Below, one piece after another: positions 25,997 to 33,868 of a stretch of 64,000 nt of DNA. This DNA comes from Candidatus Nanoarchaeia archaeon. GTDB taxonomy: Archaea; Nanobdellota; Nanobdellia; Woesearchaeales; ARS49. Below the pieces are notes generated by a model. It was not told the DNA's origin. It searched no databases and saw only the letters and a program-made list of their open reading frames with translations. Location of the stretch: positions 80,872-144,871 of the forward strand of contig JBGPOY010000002.1 of assembly GCA_041488275.1 (NCBI GenBank). Direction: 5' to 3'. Made by a program: the position numbers and the translations under genes. Position 1 is the first letter of the stretch. Each line of letters begins with the position of its first letter.

Positions 25997-27819
25997 ACGT
26001 CACCTCGAATCTTGACGTAGAGCAATTCGATAAAGAGGATGAGCAGCGCGGCGAACAGCAAGGGCATTTCCCAGTCGAGCGTGCGGAGCTCCCGAACGGG
26101 CTTGAGCTGGACGGTGTCGGGCGTGTCTCCGACCGTCGTGCGAGGATTGATGTCGGATTCCTGTTCGTTCAACAAATTAACGGCGACCGTGCGGTCCGAG
26201 AGCGTGTAGAGTCCTGCCCTGTCGAGGATGATGCGGTTGGTGGTCTGAGAACCGGAAGGCGTTTGGACGTCTTCGGGATGGTCAAGCAGGAGAGTGTTGC
26301 CCGTTCGGTCGTTCATTCCCGTCACGTCTTTCTGGCCGGTGGCGTACTTGATGAGTTCGTACCAGAAAATCGGGTAGTACGGCGAGAACTTGAAGTCCGA
26401 ACCCTTCTCGAGGATGCCGTACCAGATGAGCTTACCGCCGCCGGGCACGGTCGCGACGGTGATGACGGCGGTGCCGTTGCCGACGGTCGCGATGGGGACG
26501 ACGCCTGCTTGCAAATTGGTCGTGAAGTATTTCGGCAGCTTGCCGAACTCGATGTTGGTGGTGAAGCGCGTCGGCGTTTCGACGGTGATGAAGCCGTTCT
26601 CGCCCTGGCCGGTGAGCCCGAACGGAACCAGTCCTCGGTAATCGATGTTGAGCGAGTCGTCCTGCGCCGCGACGATTGCGGTCTTCGCGTTCTTCTGGAC
26701 GTTCTTGAGCATGTCGTCGTACGTTCCCGCGAGCACTTGGTTGCTGTCGACGTCGTGCACGATAACAACGTCGAAGTTGCCCTTCGCCACGACCGGAGGC
26801 TGGCTGACGGTCAAGTCCACGTTCGACCACGCCTTGAGCGCGTTGGTGAGGAACTGGCTCGGGTTGTTGGTGAGCAAAAGCACTTTGACGGGCTGGCGTT
26901 CGGGAGCGCTCGTGTACGCGGTGTTGTCGACGAGCAAATCATCGTCTTCCTCAATGTGAATCTTGGTGACTTTCGGCAGCGTCTCAAAAACGTAGGGAAC
27001 AATGCCTTTTGCGGGAATGGTGAGCGGCTTGTCGTCGCTTCCGATTTGCAGCGTGACGGTTTTTTCTTCGTCGTTGAAGTTCTTGACGTACACGGTGGTG
27101 GACTGGTCGTCGACTTTCAAATCAACGATGCCGACGTTGTGCTTGCCTGCGGTGCCGACGTTGATGTAGTTCACGACCAAGTCGCGCGACTGCAGAACGG
27201 CTTTCGCGGTGTCGGGGTCGACGCCCGTTGTGGAGATAAAGTCGCTGATGACGATGACGCGCCCTTCCTTGCCACGGAGGACTTCGCCTGCGAGGATGAT
27301 GGCGTCGCCGATGCCGCTGCCCGCATCCGTGGGGCGTAACAAGTTGAGCACGGCTTGCGCGTCGCCGCTGCCGATGTCCTGCGCGAGCAGTCTCGGGCGC
27401 TCTTCCGCGACGACGATGCTGTTGTGCGACGTGAGCGCGCCTTTCGCGGCGGAGATTGCTTTGTCGAAGCGGGTGGTCGCGCCTTCTTTGGTCTGCATGC
27501 TGGCGCTGGCGTCAATCACGATGACCGTGTTCGCCGCCGCGATGTCGTGCTGGACCTTGATAGACGGCTGGGCCGGGATGAGCAAGAGCGCAAGGAGGAT
27601 GAGCAGCTGCACAATCATCATGAAGTCGTGCACGAACATGCGGAAAAAGCTCAGGAGCTTGTTGCGTCCGGTCGCTTTCATGAAGAACATCAGGCTGGGG
27701 ATTTCCCGCATCTTCGGCTTCGGGCGGATAAGATAGAACAGGATGAGGGGCACGAGCAGGAACAGCCACCAGAGTCTGCTGGGTTCCCCTATTACGAGCG
27801 GTCCGAGTGCGAATGCCAT
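25993..27819 (-). CDS. BatA and vWA domain-containing membrane protein
   Basis: LWWLFLLVPLILFYLIRPKPKMREIPSLMFF (BatA), VIDASASMQT and ISDF (MIDAS), C-terminal TM. ATG at 27819 follows a GGTGAG SD. Confidence 0.85.
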   Translation of the reverse strand: MAFALGPLVIGEPSRLWWLFLLVPLILFYLIRPKPKMREIPSLMFFMKATGRNKLLSFFRMFVHDFMMIVQLLILLALLLIPAQPSIKVQHDIAAANTVIVIDASASMQTKEGATTRFDKAISAAKGALTSHNSIVVAEERPRLLAQDIGSGDAQAVLNLLRPTDAGSGIGDAIILAGEVLRGKEGRVIVISDFISTTGVDPDTAKAVLQSRDLVVNYINVGTAGKHNVGIVDLKVDDQSTTVYVKNFNDEEKTVTLQIGSDDKPLTIPAKGIVPYVFETLPKVTKIHIEEDDDLLVDNTAYTSAPERQPVKVLLLTNNPSQFLTNALKAWSNVDLTVSQPPVVAKGNFDVVIVHDVDSNQVLAGTYDDMLKNVQKNAKTAIVAAQDDSLNIDYRGLVPFGLTGQGENGFITVETPTRFTTNIEFGKLPKYFTTNLQAGVVPIATVGNGTAVITVATVPGGGKLIWYGILEKGSDFKFSPYYPIFWYELIKYATGQKDVTGMNDRTGNTLLLDHPEDVQTPSGSQTTNRIILDRAGLYTLSDRTVAVNLLNEQESDINPRTTVGDTPDTVQLKPVRELRTLDWEMPLLFAALLILFIELLYVKIRGDV

Positions 27820-27872
27820 GCTCACCAACTTTTCAGTATAGAAAAACGTATACTGATTCCCAGTTTATATAG

Positions 27873-28910
27873 TTATTGGTTGGGAATCTTGTATGATTTT
27901 GCTATGATGTTGAGGTAGTCGCGTGGCACGACGTTCAGTCCGCCGACCGCGACCGTAAGGTCGAGCCCCATCCATTCCTGCTTGTACGCGTTCTGGACGA
28001 GCTCGGACAGCTTGATTTTCAGCTGGGCAATTTCGTTCTCGGCAATGGGCTTGCTACGCTCAAACAGCCCGGGCAGTTCCAATTCCTTGTTCTGAATCGT
28101 GACCGCCGTCTGCATCACGCCGAGGATGGACGCCGTCGCGGTGTCGGTCATGCGCGAGTGGTATTCCTTCTGGAATTTCTCGGACGTGCCCATGCCGAGC
28201 AGCTTCATCCCGCGGACATAGTCCATGCTGTGGTGGAGCTTGACGGTCGCGAGAAATTCCGCCGCGCTGGCGGGGCTCTGGGAGCGGATGTCGTTCCACA
28301 CGTCGAGGTTGAAGCGGTCCAGACTGAAATAGGTTTCCACCAGCTTTGCGCCGGTGTACACGACGCTGCCGTGTTTGGCGTCCGAGTCGAGGCGTTCGCG
28401 GCGCCGGTGCAAAAGCATGTCCCGCTTGCCGAGCGACCCGAGCTTGGACCATTCGAGAATGTTCAGTTGGATGTCTTTCTTGTTGAGGTCCCAGCCGTCT
28501 CGATCGTGCTTGCGGACGTGCTGTCCCGTCGGGAAAATGAGGTTGCCGTGCTCGTAGTCGAACGTGAGCGGTCCCGAAAGAATGCCGAGGTGCAGGTACG
28601 TGTCAAGGCTTTCGTAGCCGCTCCCGCCGAATCCGGTGCAGCCGTGGTGCGACGTGTCGGTCGTGATGACCAGCACGGGCTCTTTCGGATGGCTCGCGAG
28701 CTCGTCGCTCAACTGCCGAACTTTTTTTTCGAGGTCGGTTTCTTCCAGCATGCCTGCGATAATGAAGAAGTCGCGAATCTTGTCGCCGGTGCCCTTGCCT
28801 TTTCGGATGTCGGACTGAATCTTTCTGAACTCGTCTGCCTTCTTTTTCTGCAGCGCTTCCTCCTGCTTGGAAAGGTCGCCGAGTTTCTGCAGTTGTTCCT
28901 TCACAGGCAT
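27873..28910 (-). CDS. Hypothetical protein
   Basis: 345-aa ORF with normal codon usage. Coiled N-terminus, HHGCTGFGG motif, beta-rich middle region. Confidence 0.65.
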   Translation of the reverse strand: MPVKEQLQKLGDLSKQEEALQKKKADEFRKIQSDIRKGKGTGDKIRDFFIIAGMLEETDLEKKVRQLSDELASHPKEPVLVITTDTSHHGCTGFGGSGYESLDTYLHLGILSGPLTFDYEHGNLIFPTGQHVRKHDRDGWDLNKKDIQLNILEWSKLGSLGKRDMLLHRRRERLDSDAKHGSVVYTGAKLVETYFSLDRFNLDVWNDIRSQSPASAAEFLATVKLHHSMDYVRGMKLLGMGTSEKFQKEYHSRMTDTATASILGVMQTAVTIQNKELELPGLFERSKPIAENEIAQLKIKLSELVQNAYKQEWMGLDLTVAVGGLNVVPRDYLNIIAKSYKIPNQ

Positions 28911-29007
28911 TCCTAGTGAAGGGCTAATTAAATCAATTATGGTAGTCAAGGATAGAGAAAGCGGATTTCAGCGGGGTTTTTATACTTCCTTTCATTTTTG
29001 AGGGTGT

Positions 29008-29322
29008 ATGAACGTCAAAACGTGGTGGGAAACGCCGACAACGCGCTGGGCAAGCATTTTCTTTCTTGTTGAAGTCGCGGAAATCGCTTACTTGCAGTTG
29101 ATGACGTGGTGCGGCGCGAGAGAAGTCGCGGCCTGCGTTACTCCTCCTCTCACGCTGCTGAGCACGGCTGCGTTTTCGCTCCAGATTCCGGCAGTCGTTT
29201 TCAAGGCGCTGCCGTTGTCGAAAGACGCAATCATGATTACTGCAGCAGTAGCAACGCTGGTGTTGTATTGCGTCGCCGGCTTCCTTGTCGGAAAATATAT
29301 TGAGAAACGAAACGCACAGTAA
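29008..29322 (+). CDS. Small hypothetical membrane protein (3 TM)
   Basis: Hydrophobic 104-aa ORF with a GAGGG SD-like motif before the ATG. Confidence 0.55.
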   Translation: MNVKTWWETPTTRWASIFFLVEVAEIAYLQLMTWCGAREVAACVTPPLTLLSTAAFSLQIPAVVFKALPLSKDAIMITAAVATLVLYCVAGFLVGKYIEKRNAQ

Positions 29323-29327
29323 TTTTT

Positions 29328-30326
29328 CTATTGCGGCTCTCTTTGCATACGCGGATACGTTCCCGGCGGCATAAACACGGCGACAATCTTGGCGGCGACG
29401 CCTTTGTTTTTGGCTTTCAAATCTTCCGCGCCGAGTTTTGCTTTGCCTAACGCAATCAATTCGCCTTTCATGGTCAGCAGCGCGATGACGTCTTCTGCTT
29501 CGATGTCGGCTTCCAATTTGACAATGCCGGGAATGTGCAGCAAAGCGCCGTGGCACAGGCTTTCCACGGCAGAATCAAGGACCCAGATTTTCGGCAGGTG
29601 CGCAACGCCGTTCTCGACGGGCTGGATGCAGTGCCGGATGAATTTCTCATTTTTTTCCTCGCGCAAATACCACAGCGCGTCTTCAACGTCCTGTAGCGAA
29701 ACCATCGTTTGCGCTTTGAACGGTCCGGCTTTCGTGCGGACAAGTTCTGCCATGTTGGCGCCGATGCCGAGCTTTTCGCCGACGTCGTGGCACCATTTAC
29801 GCACGTACGTTCCTGCCTGACAGCCCATGCGGAAGAGCACATCGCGCCCTTCGACTTCGAGCACGTCGATGTAGTAGACTTCGCGTTCGCGCAACTGCCG
29901 CTTCACCGCGCTTCGGACGGGAGGAAGCTGTTTGATTTTGCCGGTGAATTCCTTGATGACGCTGTAAATTTTTCCCTGCGGAATGTCATCGTGGAGGTGC
30001 ATCAGGGCGACGTATTCTTTTCCTGCGGTCAATAACGCCTGCACGACGCGCGTCGCGCGCCCGAGAGCAATCGGCAACACACCGGTAACGGCGGGGTCGA
30101 GCGTGCCGGAATGTCCTGCTTTTTCGATGCCGAGAACGGTTTGCACGTACGCAGACACTTGGTGAGAACTCGGTCCTGAAGGCTTGTTGAGATTGATGAT
30201 GCCGTATGTCAGCAGCTCTTCGACCGGACGCTTGTCGGGAGCGCAGCCGAACTTCGGGTCGGTCTTGGACTTCTTCTTGTCAATGATTTCAGGATTCCGA
30301 AGTTCGAACGGGAGGACCGATGCCAT
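29328..30326 (-). CDS. cbf5: H/ACA RNA-guided pseudouridine synthase Cbf5 (TruB family, PUA domain)
   Basis: GIINLNKPSGPSSHQV, AGHSGTLDPAVTG, KEYV, QLPPVRSAVKR, CQAGTYVRK and a PUA C-terminus. Confidence 0.96.
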   Translation of the reverse strand: MASVLPFELRNPEIIDKKKSKTDPKFGCAPDKRPVEELLTYGIINLNKPSGPSSHQVSAYVQTVLGIEKAGHSGTLDPAVTGVLPIALGRATRVVQALLTAGKEYVALMHLHDDIPQGKIYSVIKEFTGKIKQLPPVRSAVKRQLREREVYYIDVLEVEGRDVLFRMGCQAGTYVRKWCHDVGEKLGIGANMAELVRTKAGPFKAQTMVSLQDVEDALWYLREEKNEKFIRHCIQPVENGVAHLPKIWVLDSAVESLCHGALLHIPGIVKLEADIEAEDVIALLTMKGELIALGKAKLGAEDLKAKNKGVAAKIVAVFMPPGTYPRMQREPQ

Positions 30327-30397
30327 CGGTTTCCGAGGAACAAAGAGGGTATTTAAATGGTATGTACAAGGTATGGAGAAAAGAAAAAAATAAGAAT

Positions 30398-31120
30398 TTA
30401 GATTTCCGCGTGCACCGAAGCGTTGCCCTTCGCGGACGACTTGCCGCCGAGACCGACCTTGATTTCGCCGTTCTCGATTTCGACATCGGCGTCCGTGTCA
30501 ATCTTCAGCCCGACGCCCACGTTGCCGTGCTCGTCCATCCCGACTTCCTCGTCAGAATCGACGTGACCGCCGGAGACCCTGACCTCATCGTCAGAATCGA
30601 CTTCGACATCGGCGTTCGAGTGCGTCTTGAGGTGCACGACCGGAGCGAGAATGTAGCTGCCATTGCCCGTGACGTGCAGCGACCTGTCCGCAATGAAGTC
30701 GAACGTGACCGCGGAAGTGGTGTTCGCTGCAACAACGATCTTGCCGACAATCTTCAGTTCGCCCGACGGGAGCTTCGCCTCGTGCGTGCCGTTCGCGTCG
30801 GTGACGACCACTTTCGAGATGTCAAGCCGCACCTGGTCGTACGTTCCTGATGCCAGCTGGACGTCGGCGAGCGCGACCGTGCTTCCCTGCGCCTTCAACG
30901 CGAGCAAGTCATAGGTCTGGGCTGCCGACGTGACCGTCGTCCAGCTGTCGCTCGCGCCGTGGACGCGGACGCTGTCGACCGTCACCTTGACGCTCGTGAC
31001 CGCGCCCATGCTTGCCGCTGCGTCCGTAATCGCGAATACGGCGCGTCCGGTTTTCGCGTTCGGCAGAGCGCATGCGGTCAGCAGAACAACTAATGCGATA
31101 ATTGAGAGAATCTTTTTCAT
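30398..31120 (-). CDS. DUF4382-like lipoprotein
   Basis: MKKILSIIALVVLLTA|C lipobox. FAITDA..SVKVTVDSVRVH, YDLLAL, GTYDQVRL and VTFDFIADRS. Confidence 0.75.
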   Translation of the reverse strand: MKKILSIIALVVLLTACALPNAKTGRAVFAITDAAASMGAVTSVKVTVDSVRVHGASDSWTTVTSAAQTYDLLALKAQGSTVALADVQLASGTYDQVRLDISKVVVTDANGTHEAKLPSGELKIVGKIVVAANTTSAVTFDFIADRSLHVTGNGSYILAPVVHLKTHSNADVEVDSDDEVRVSGGHVDSDEEVGMDEHGNVGVGLKIDTDADVEIENGEIKVGLGGKSSAKGNASVHAEI

Positions 31121-31184
31121 ACATTCACCTCGTATTTTTAGGAGGGATTATGACTGCGTGATTTAAAAGCGTTTCGTCGAGAAA

Positions 31185-31685
31185 CTAGTGCTTCTGTTCA
31201 GGGTTCTTCCTGACCGGCGTGGGATGCGGCTGCGCAGGAGTGTGACCGGGAGCGGGCTTCGGCGTCGGAGCCGCGGGCTTGTGTTCTGGCTTCTTCTCTT
31301 CGTGCTGGTGATCGTGCGCTGCGTCGTCGTGCTTGTGCTCGTCCTTCTTCGTCATTTTCTCGGCGAGCTTTTGCGCGACGCCCTTCTTTTCAGGCGCCTT
31401 CATGGCTGCTTCGGGGAAGGGCGTGCCGAACAACTGCACCGTAACGATTCCCTTGTCGTCCTTGCGGCACTGCACTTTGATGTGGTGCGGCGGGTTGCGA
31501 ATGCCGTGCTTCCAGACAAAGTCGTTGACGTCGTTCAGAACTTTGACGTTCGCGACGGGTGTCTTCATGTGGCGTGCCGCAAACTCTTTGATGGCTTTCG
31601 CTGCCTTCTTGCTCCGTTTGTAGGTCGCGACCTTTTGGTATTCGCGCCTCAACGGAATCGTGTAGGTTCTTTCGAGCGTTGCCAT
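31185..31685 (-). CDS. rpl31e: 50S ribosomal protein L31e with His/Pro/Lys-rich C-terminal extension
   Basis: LERTYTIPLRRE...KRSKKAAKAIKEF..RHMK...VWKHGIRNPPHHIKV. Confidence 0.95.
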   Translation of the reverse strand: MATLERTYTIPLRREYQKVATYKRSKKAAKAIKEFAARHMKTPVANVKVLNDVNDFVWKHGIRNPPHHIKVQCRKDDKGIVTVQLFGTPFPEAAMKAPEKKGVAQKLAEKMTKKDEHKHDDAAHDHQHEEKKPEHKPAAPTPKPAPGHTPAQPHPTPVRKNPEQKH

Positions 31686-31689
31686 AGGA

Positions 31690-31863
31690 TTATGCCTTCG
31701 TCTTGATGCGTCGCCAGCTGCGCTTCACGTGGGTATGCCTTCCCGGGTGGACTCTCCTTCCCTTGCCGTACTTCTTCGGGACGGTCCAGAAAGGCGCCCA
31801 CTTGGTCTGGCGTGCCTTTTTCGCGAGTCGCTGTTTCCGCGACGGGTGTTTGTATCGTGCCAT
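31690..31863 (-). CDS. rpl39e: 50S ribosomal protein L39e (57 aa, not in the supplied ORF track)
   Basis: Translated by hand: MARYKHPSRKQRLAKKARQTKWAPFWTVPKKYGKGRRVHPGRHTHVKRSWRRIKTKA. Sits in the canonical position between PDCD5 and L31e. Confidence 0.92.
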   Translation of the reverse strand: MARYKHPSRKQRLAKKARQTKWAPFWTVPKKYGKGRRVHPGRHTHVKRSWRRIKTKA

Positions 31864-31864
31864 G

Positions 31865-32122
31865 TTACTTGAACGTGATTTTTGTTTCTCTTTTCTTCGG
31901 GTCCATTTGCGTCAAAAGCTGTTTCAATGCCGCGTCCGTGACCGGCACCGAAAGCTTCTGTTGCTGGAGCAACTGCGCAACGACCACAAGCGTCTGCAGC
32001 CACTTCTTGGTGTCAGCCGCCTTGATGTTGCTCAGGCGCGACAAGGCGTCCTTGTCGAGCGCGCTCCTCGCGATGGAATCCAACTGCGCAACCTGCTGTG
32101 CAAGTTCGGCGTCGTTATCCAT
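31865..32122 (-). CDS. PDCD5-family DNA-binding protein
   Basis: ALDKDALSRLSNIKAAD...LVVVAQ..VTDAALKQLL...KRETKITFK. Found in the S19e-L39e operon. Confidence 0.88.
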   Translation of the reverse strand: MDNDAELAQQVAQLDSIARSALDKDALSRLSNIKAADTKKWLQTLVVVAQLLQQQKLSVPVTDAALKQLLTQMDPKKRETKITFK

Positions 32123-32693
32123 TCGCGGGAGTCTCTACCGGAGCCGCCGGAGCGACCTTCTTGACCGGTTTCTTGGCGGCAGGTTTCACGGCATTCGCCG
32201 CCTTGCGGGCGTCAGTTGCTGCCTGAATTTGTTCTGCCGTCGGCATTCTCGGGATGATGATGTTGTGATGCTTCATCAGCGCGTCGCTTGCCTTGTCGAG
32301 CATGCTGTGCGCCTTGGGCGTAATCATGCGGCCTTTGTGGACGCCTTTCGCGCCCTGCTTGACCAATCCTGCTTTTTCGAGCTGCTGAAGAATCTTGCGC
32401 GTGACGTTGCCGCTGCCCGGCTTGAACGTTTCCGGCTGGTGGCCTCTGTTTTGCGCGCCGCCGTAGTGCTTTCTCAACTTGGACGTGCCGACCGGACCGA
32501 TGATGGCGATGCGGCGCAACATTGCGGCTGCGCGGACGTGCCACCAGTCTTTTTGCGTCGGCGGTCGTTGTCTATCGACGCCCGTCTTGACGAATGGACC
32601 CCAGCTGGGCTGCTTGATTTCAGGAGCGGACTTTTTCAGTTCAGAAGCCACTGCGTGGATGAGCGGATCTGCCGGAACGTCATGATAACTCAT
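32115..32693 (-). CDS. rps19e: 30S ribosomal protein S19e with C-terminal extension
   Basis: DVPADPLI, PSWGPFVKTG...DWWHVRAAAMLRRI..GPVGTSKLRKHYGG and KILQQLEKAGLV. Confidence 0.97.
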   Translation of the reverse strand: MSYHDVPADPLIHAVASELKKSAPEIKQPSWGPFVKTGVDRQRPPTQKDWWHVRAAAMLRRIAIIGPVGTSKLRKHYGGAQNRGHQPETFKPGSGNVTRKILQQLEKAGLVKQGAKGVHKGRMITPKAHSMLDKASDALMKHHNIIIPRMPTAEQIQAATDARKAANAVKPAAKKPVKKVAPAAPVETPANG

Positions 32694-32787
32694 TGTTGTT
32701 TCCCTTCAGTTTGCGCTTGCGCGCGACGGTTGGATGTTCTTGCGAACCACCCAGATAGATTGGGTTCACTCGAGGGGGTATTTAAAG

Positions 32788-32806
32788 CTTTCGCGCAGCG
32801 CGAAAG
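32788..32806. other. Perfect 8-bp hairpin between the rps19e promoter and the 3' end of the upstream ORF
   Basis: CTTTCGCG-CAG-CGCGAAAG, next to a TTTAAA TATA-like box. Possible terminator or operator. Confidence 0.35.
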
Positions 32807-32820
32807 TTCGCTGAGCGGCC

Positions 32821-33255
32821 TCAGCGTAAGTTACTGCTGATAGACGCGAGCGGCTTCTTCGCCTCAACCATCTGCAAAAACGTCTGGTGCGAATCGTAGA
32901 ACCCTTTCGACGCGACGTACGGGTTCAGTTTTTCGACGCGTCCGACGGGATTTGGCGCAAAGCCGCGCTTGACGATGGTGTCGAGCGTGTTGTGATAGTC
33001 GTCCAAGAAGCGTTTTGCCGGTTCGGAGTCGATGAACTCGGGCGTGAGCGGCAGCGTGTACTTGGCGAGTCTGCGCGACCAATTATAGAGTTCGTGGCTT
33101 CCCGCCAGGCTCAGCCCAATTGTGTATTCCTCACCCGTGACGATGCCGAAGAATCGCCTGTGCCCGATGCGGTGCGCGTGCACGATGTCGACGGTGCGTT
33201 CTTTCGCGCGTTCGAGCGCGGTCAGCATGCTGTTGACTTCCTTGATGATATTCAT
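32821..33255 (-). CDS. Hypothetical protein
   Basis: 144-aa ORF starting MNIIKEVNSM, with a GAAG SD-like sequence and TATATA upstream. Confidence 0.55.
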   Translation of the reverse strand: MNIIKEVNSMLTALERAKERTVDIVHAHRIGHRRFFGIVTGEEYTIGLSLAGSHELYNWSRRLAKYTLPLTPEFIDSEPAKRFLDDYHNTLDTIVKRGFAPNPVGRVEKLNPYVASKGFYDSHQTFLQMVEAKKPLASISSNLR

Positions 33256-33292
33256 AGAACTTCTTCCCCAGAACACCCTATATAAAACTGTC

Positions 33293-33778
33293 TTAAGAAC
33301 CGTCGTACGCGCGCTGCAAGGAAGCGATGTCGATTTTCTTCATCTGCAGCATCGCCTGCATGACTCGCTGCGACTTCGCCGCGTCCTTGTCGCGCAGCAT
33401 CTTGTCCAAAATCGTAGGCGTCACCTGCCACGACACGCCGAACTTGTCTTTCAGCCAGCCGCACGGTCCTTCCTGCCCGCCTTTCGACAGCTTCTTCCAC
33501 ATCGTGTCGACTTCTTCCTGTGACTCGCAGTTCACGACGAACGAAATGGCCTCGCTGAACTTGAAAACAGGACCGCCGTTGAGCCCCATAAACTCTTGAC
33601 CATTGAGCGTGAACGTGACGACCAACACCGAACCTTTCGGTCTGCCGGACGCTTTCGCGCTCGCTTCGTCATAGTGGCTGATGTTGCCCATCTTGGAATT
33701 CTTGAAAATCGAGACGTAGAACTTCGCGGCTTCTTCCGCCTGGTCATCGAACCACAGGCACGGGGAGATTTTCTGCAT
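33293..33778 (-). CDS. VOC family protein (PhnB / 3-demethylubiquinone-9 3-methyltransferase-like)
   Basis: MQKISPCLWFDDQAEEAAKFYVSIF, FMGLNGGPVFKFSEAISF, CGWLKDKFGVSWQV and MLQMKKIDIA. Confidence 0.93.
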   Translation of the reverse strand: MQKISPCLWFDDQAEEAAKFYVSIFKNSKMGNISHYDEASAKASGRPKGSVLVVTFTLNGQEFMGLNGGPVFKFSEAISFVVNCESQEEVDTMWKKLSKGGQEGPCGWLKDKFGVSWQVTPTILDKMLRDKDAAKSQRVMQAMLQMKKIDIASLQRAYDGS

Positions 33779-33868
33779 AACCATAGAACGCAATCGAGCA
33801 GTTATAAACATTTCGCGGGCGCCGATTCACCACAACCTTTTTATCCCCTGCTTCTGCAGTCAAGCCTT

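Noticed and set aside
28721-28730. Homopolymer T8 tract as a phase-variation or frameshift site
   Set aside because: It encodes E-K-K in an uninterrupted ORF, with no adjacent out-of-frame continuation.
29328-30326. Intron in cbf5 (known in some crenarchaea)
   Set aside because: The ORF is continuous through the catalytic GTLDP motif with no insertion.
30549-30600. Short direct repeat CGTCAGAATCGAC in the DUF4382-like gene
   Set aside because: It reflects a repeated VDSD(D/E)E peptide in an acidic low-complexity region and is not a DNA element.
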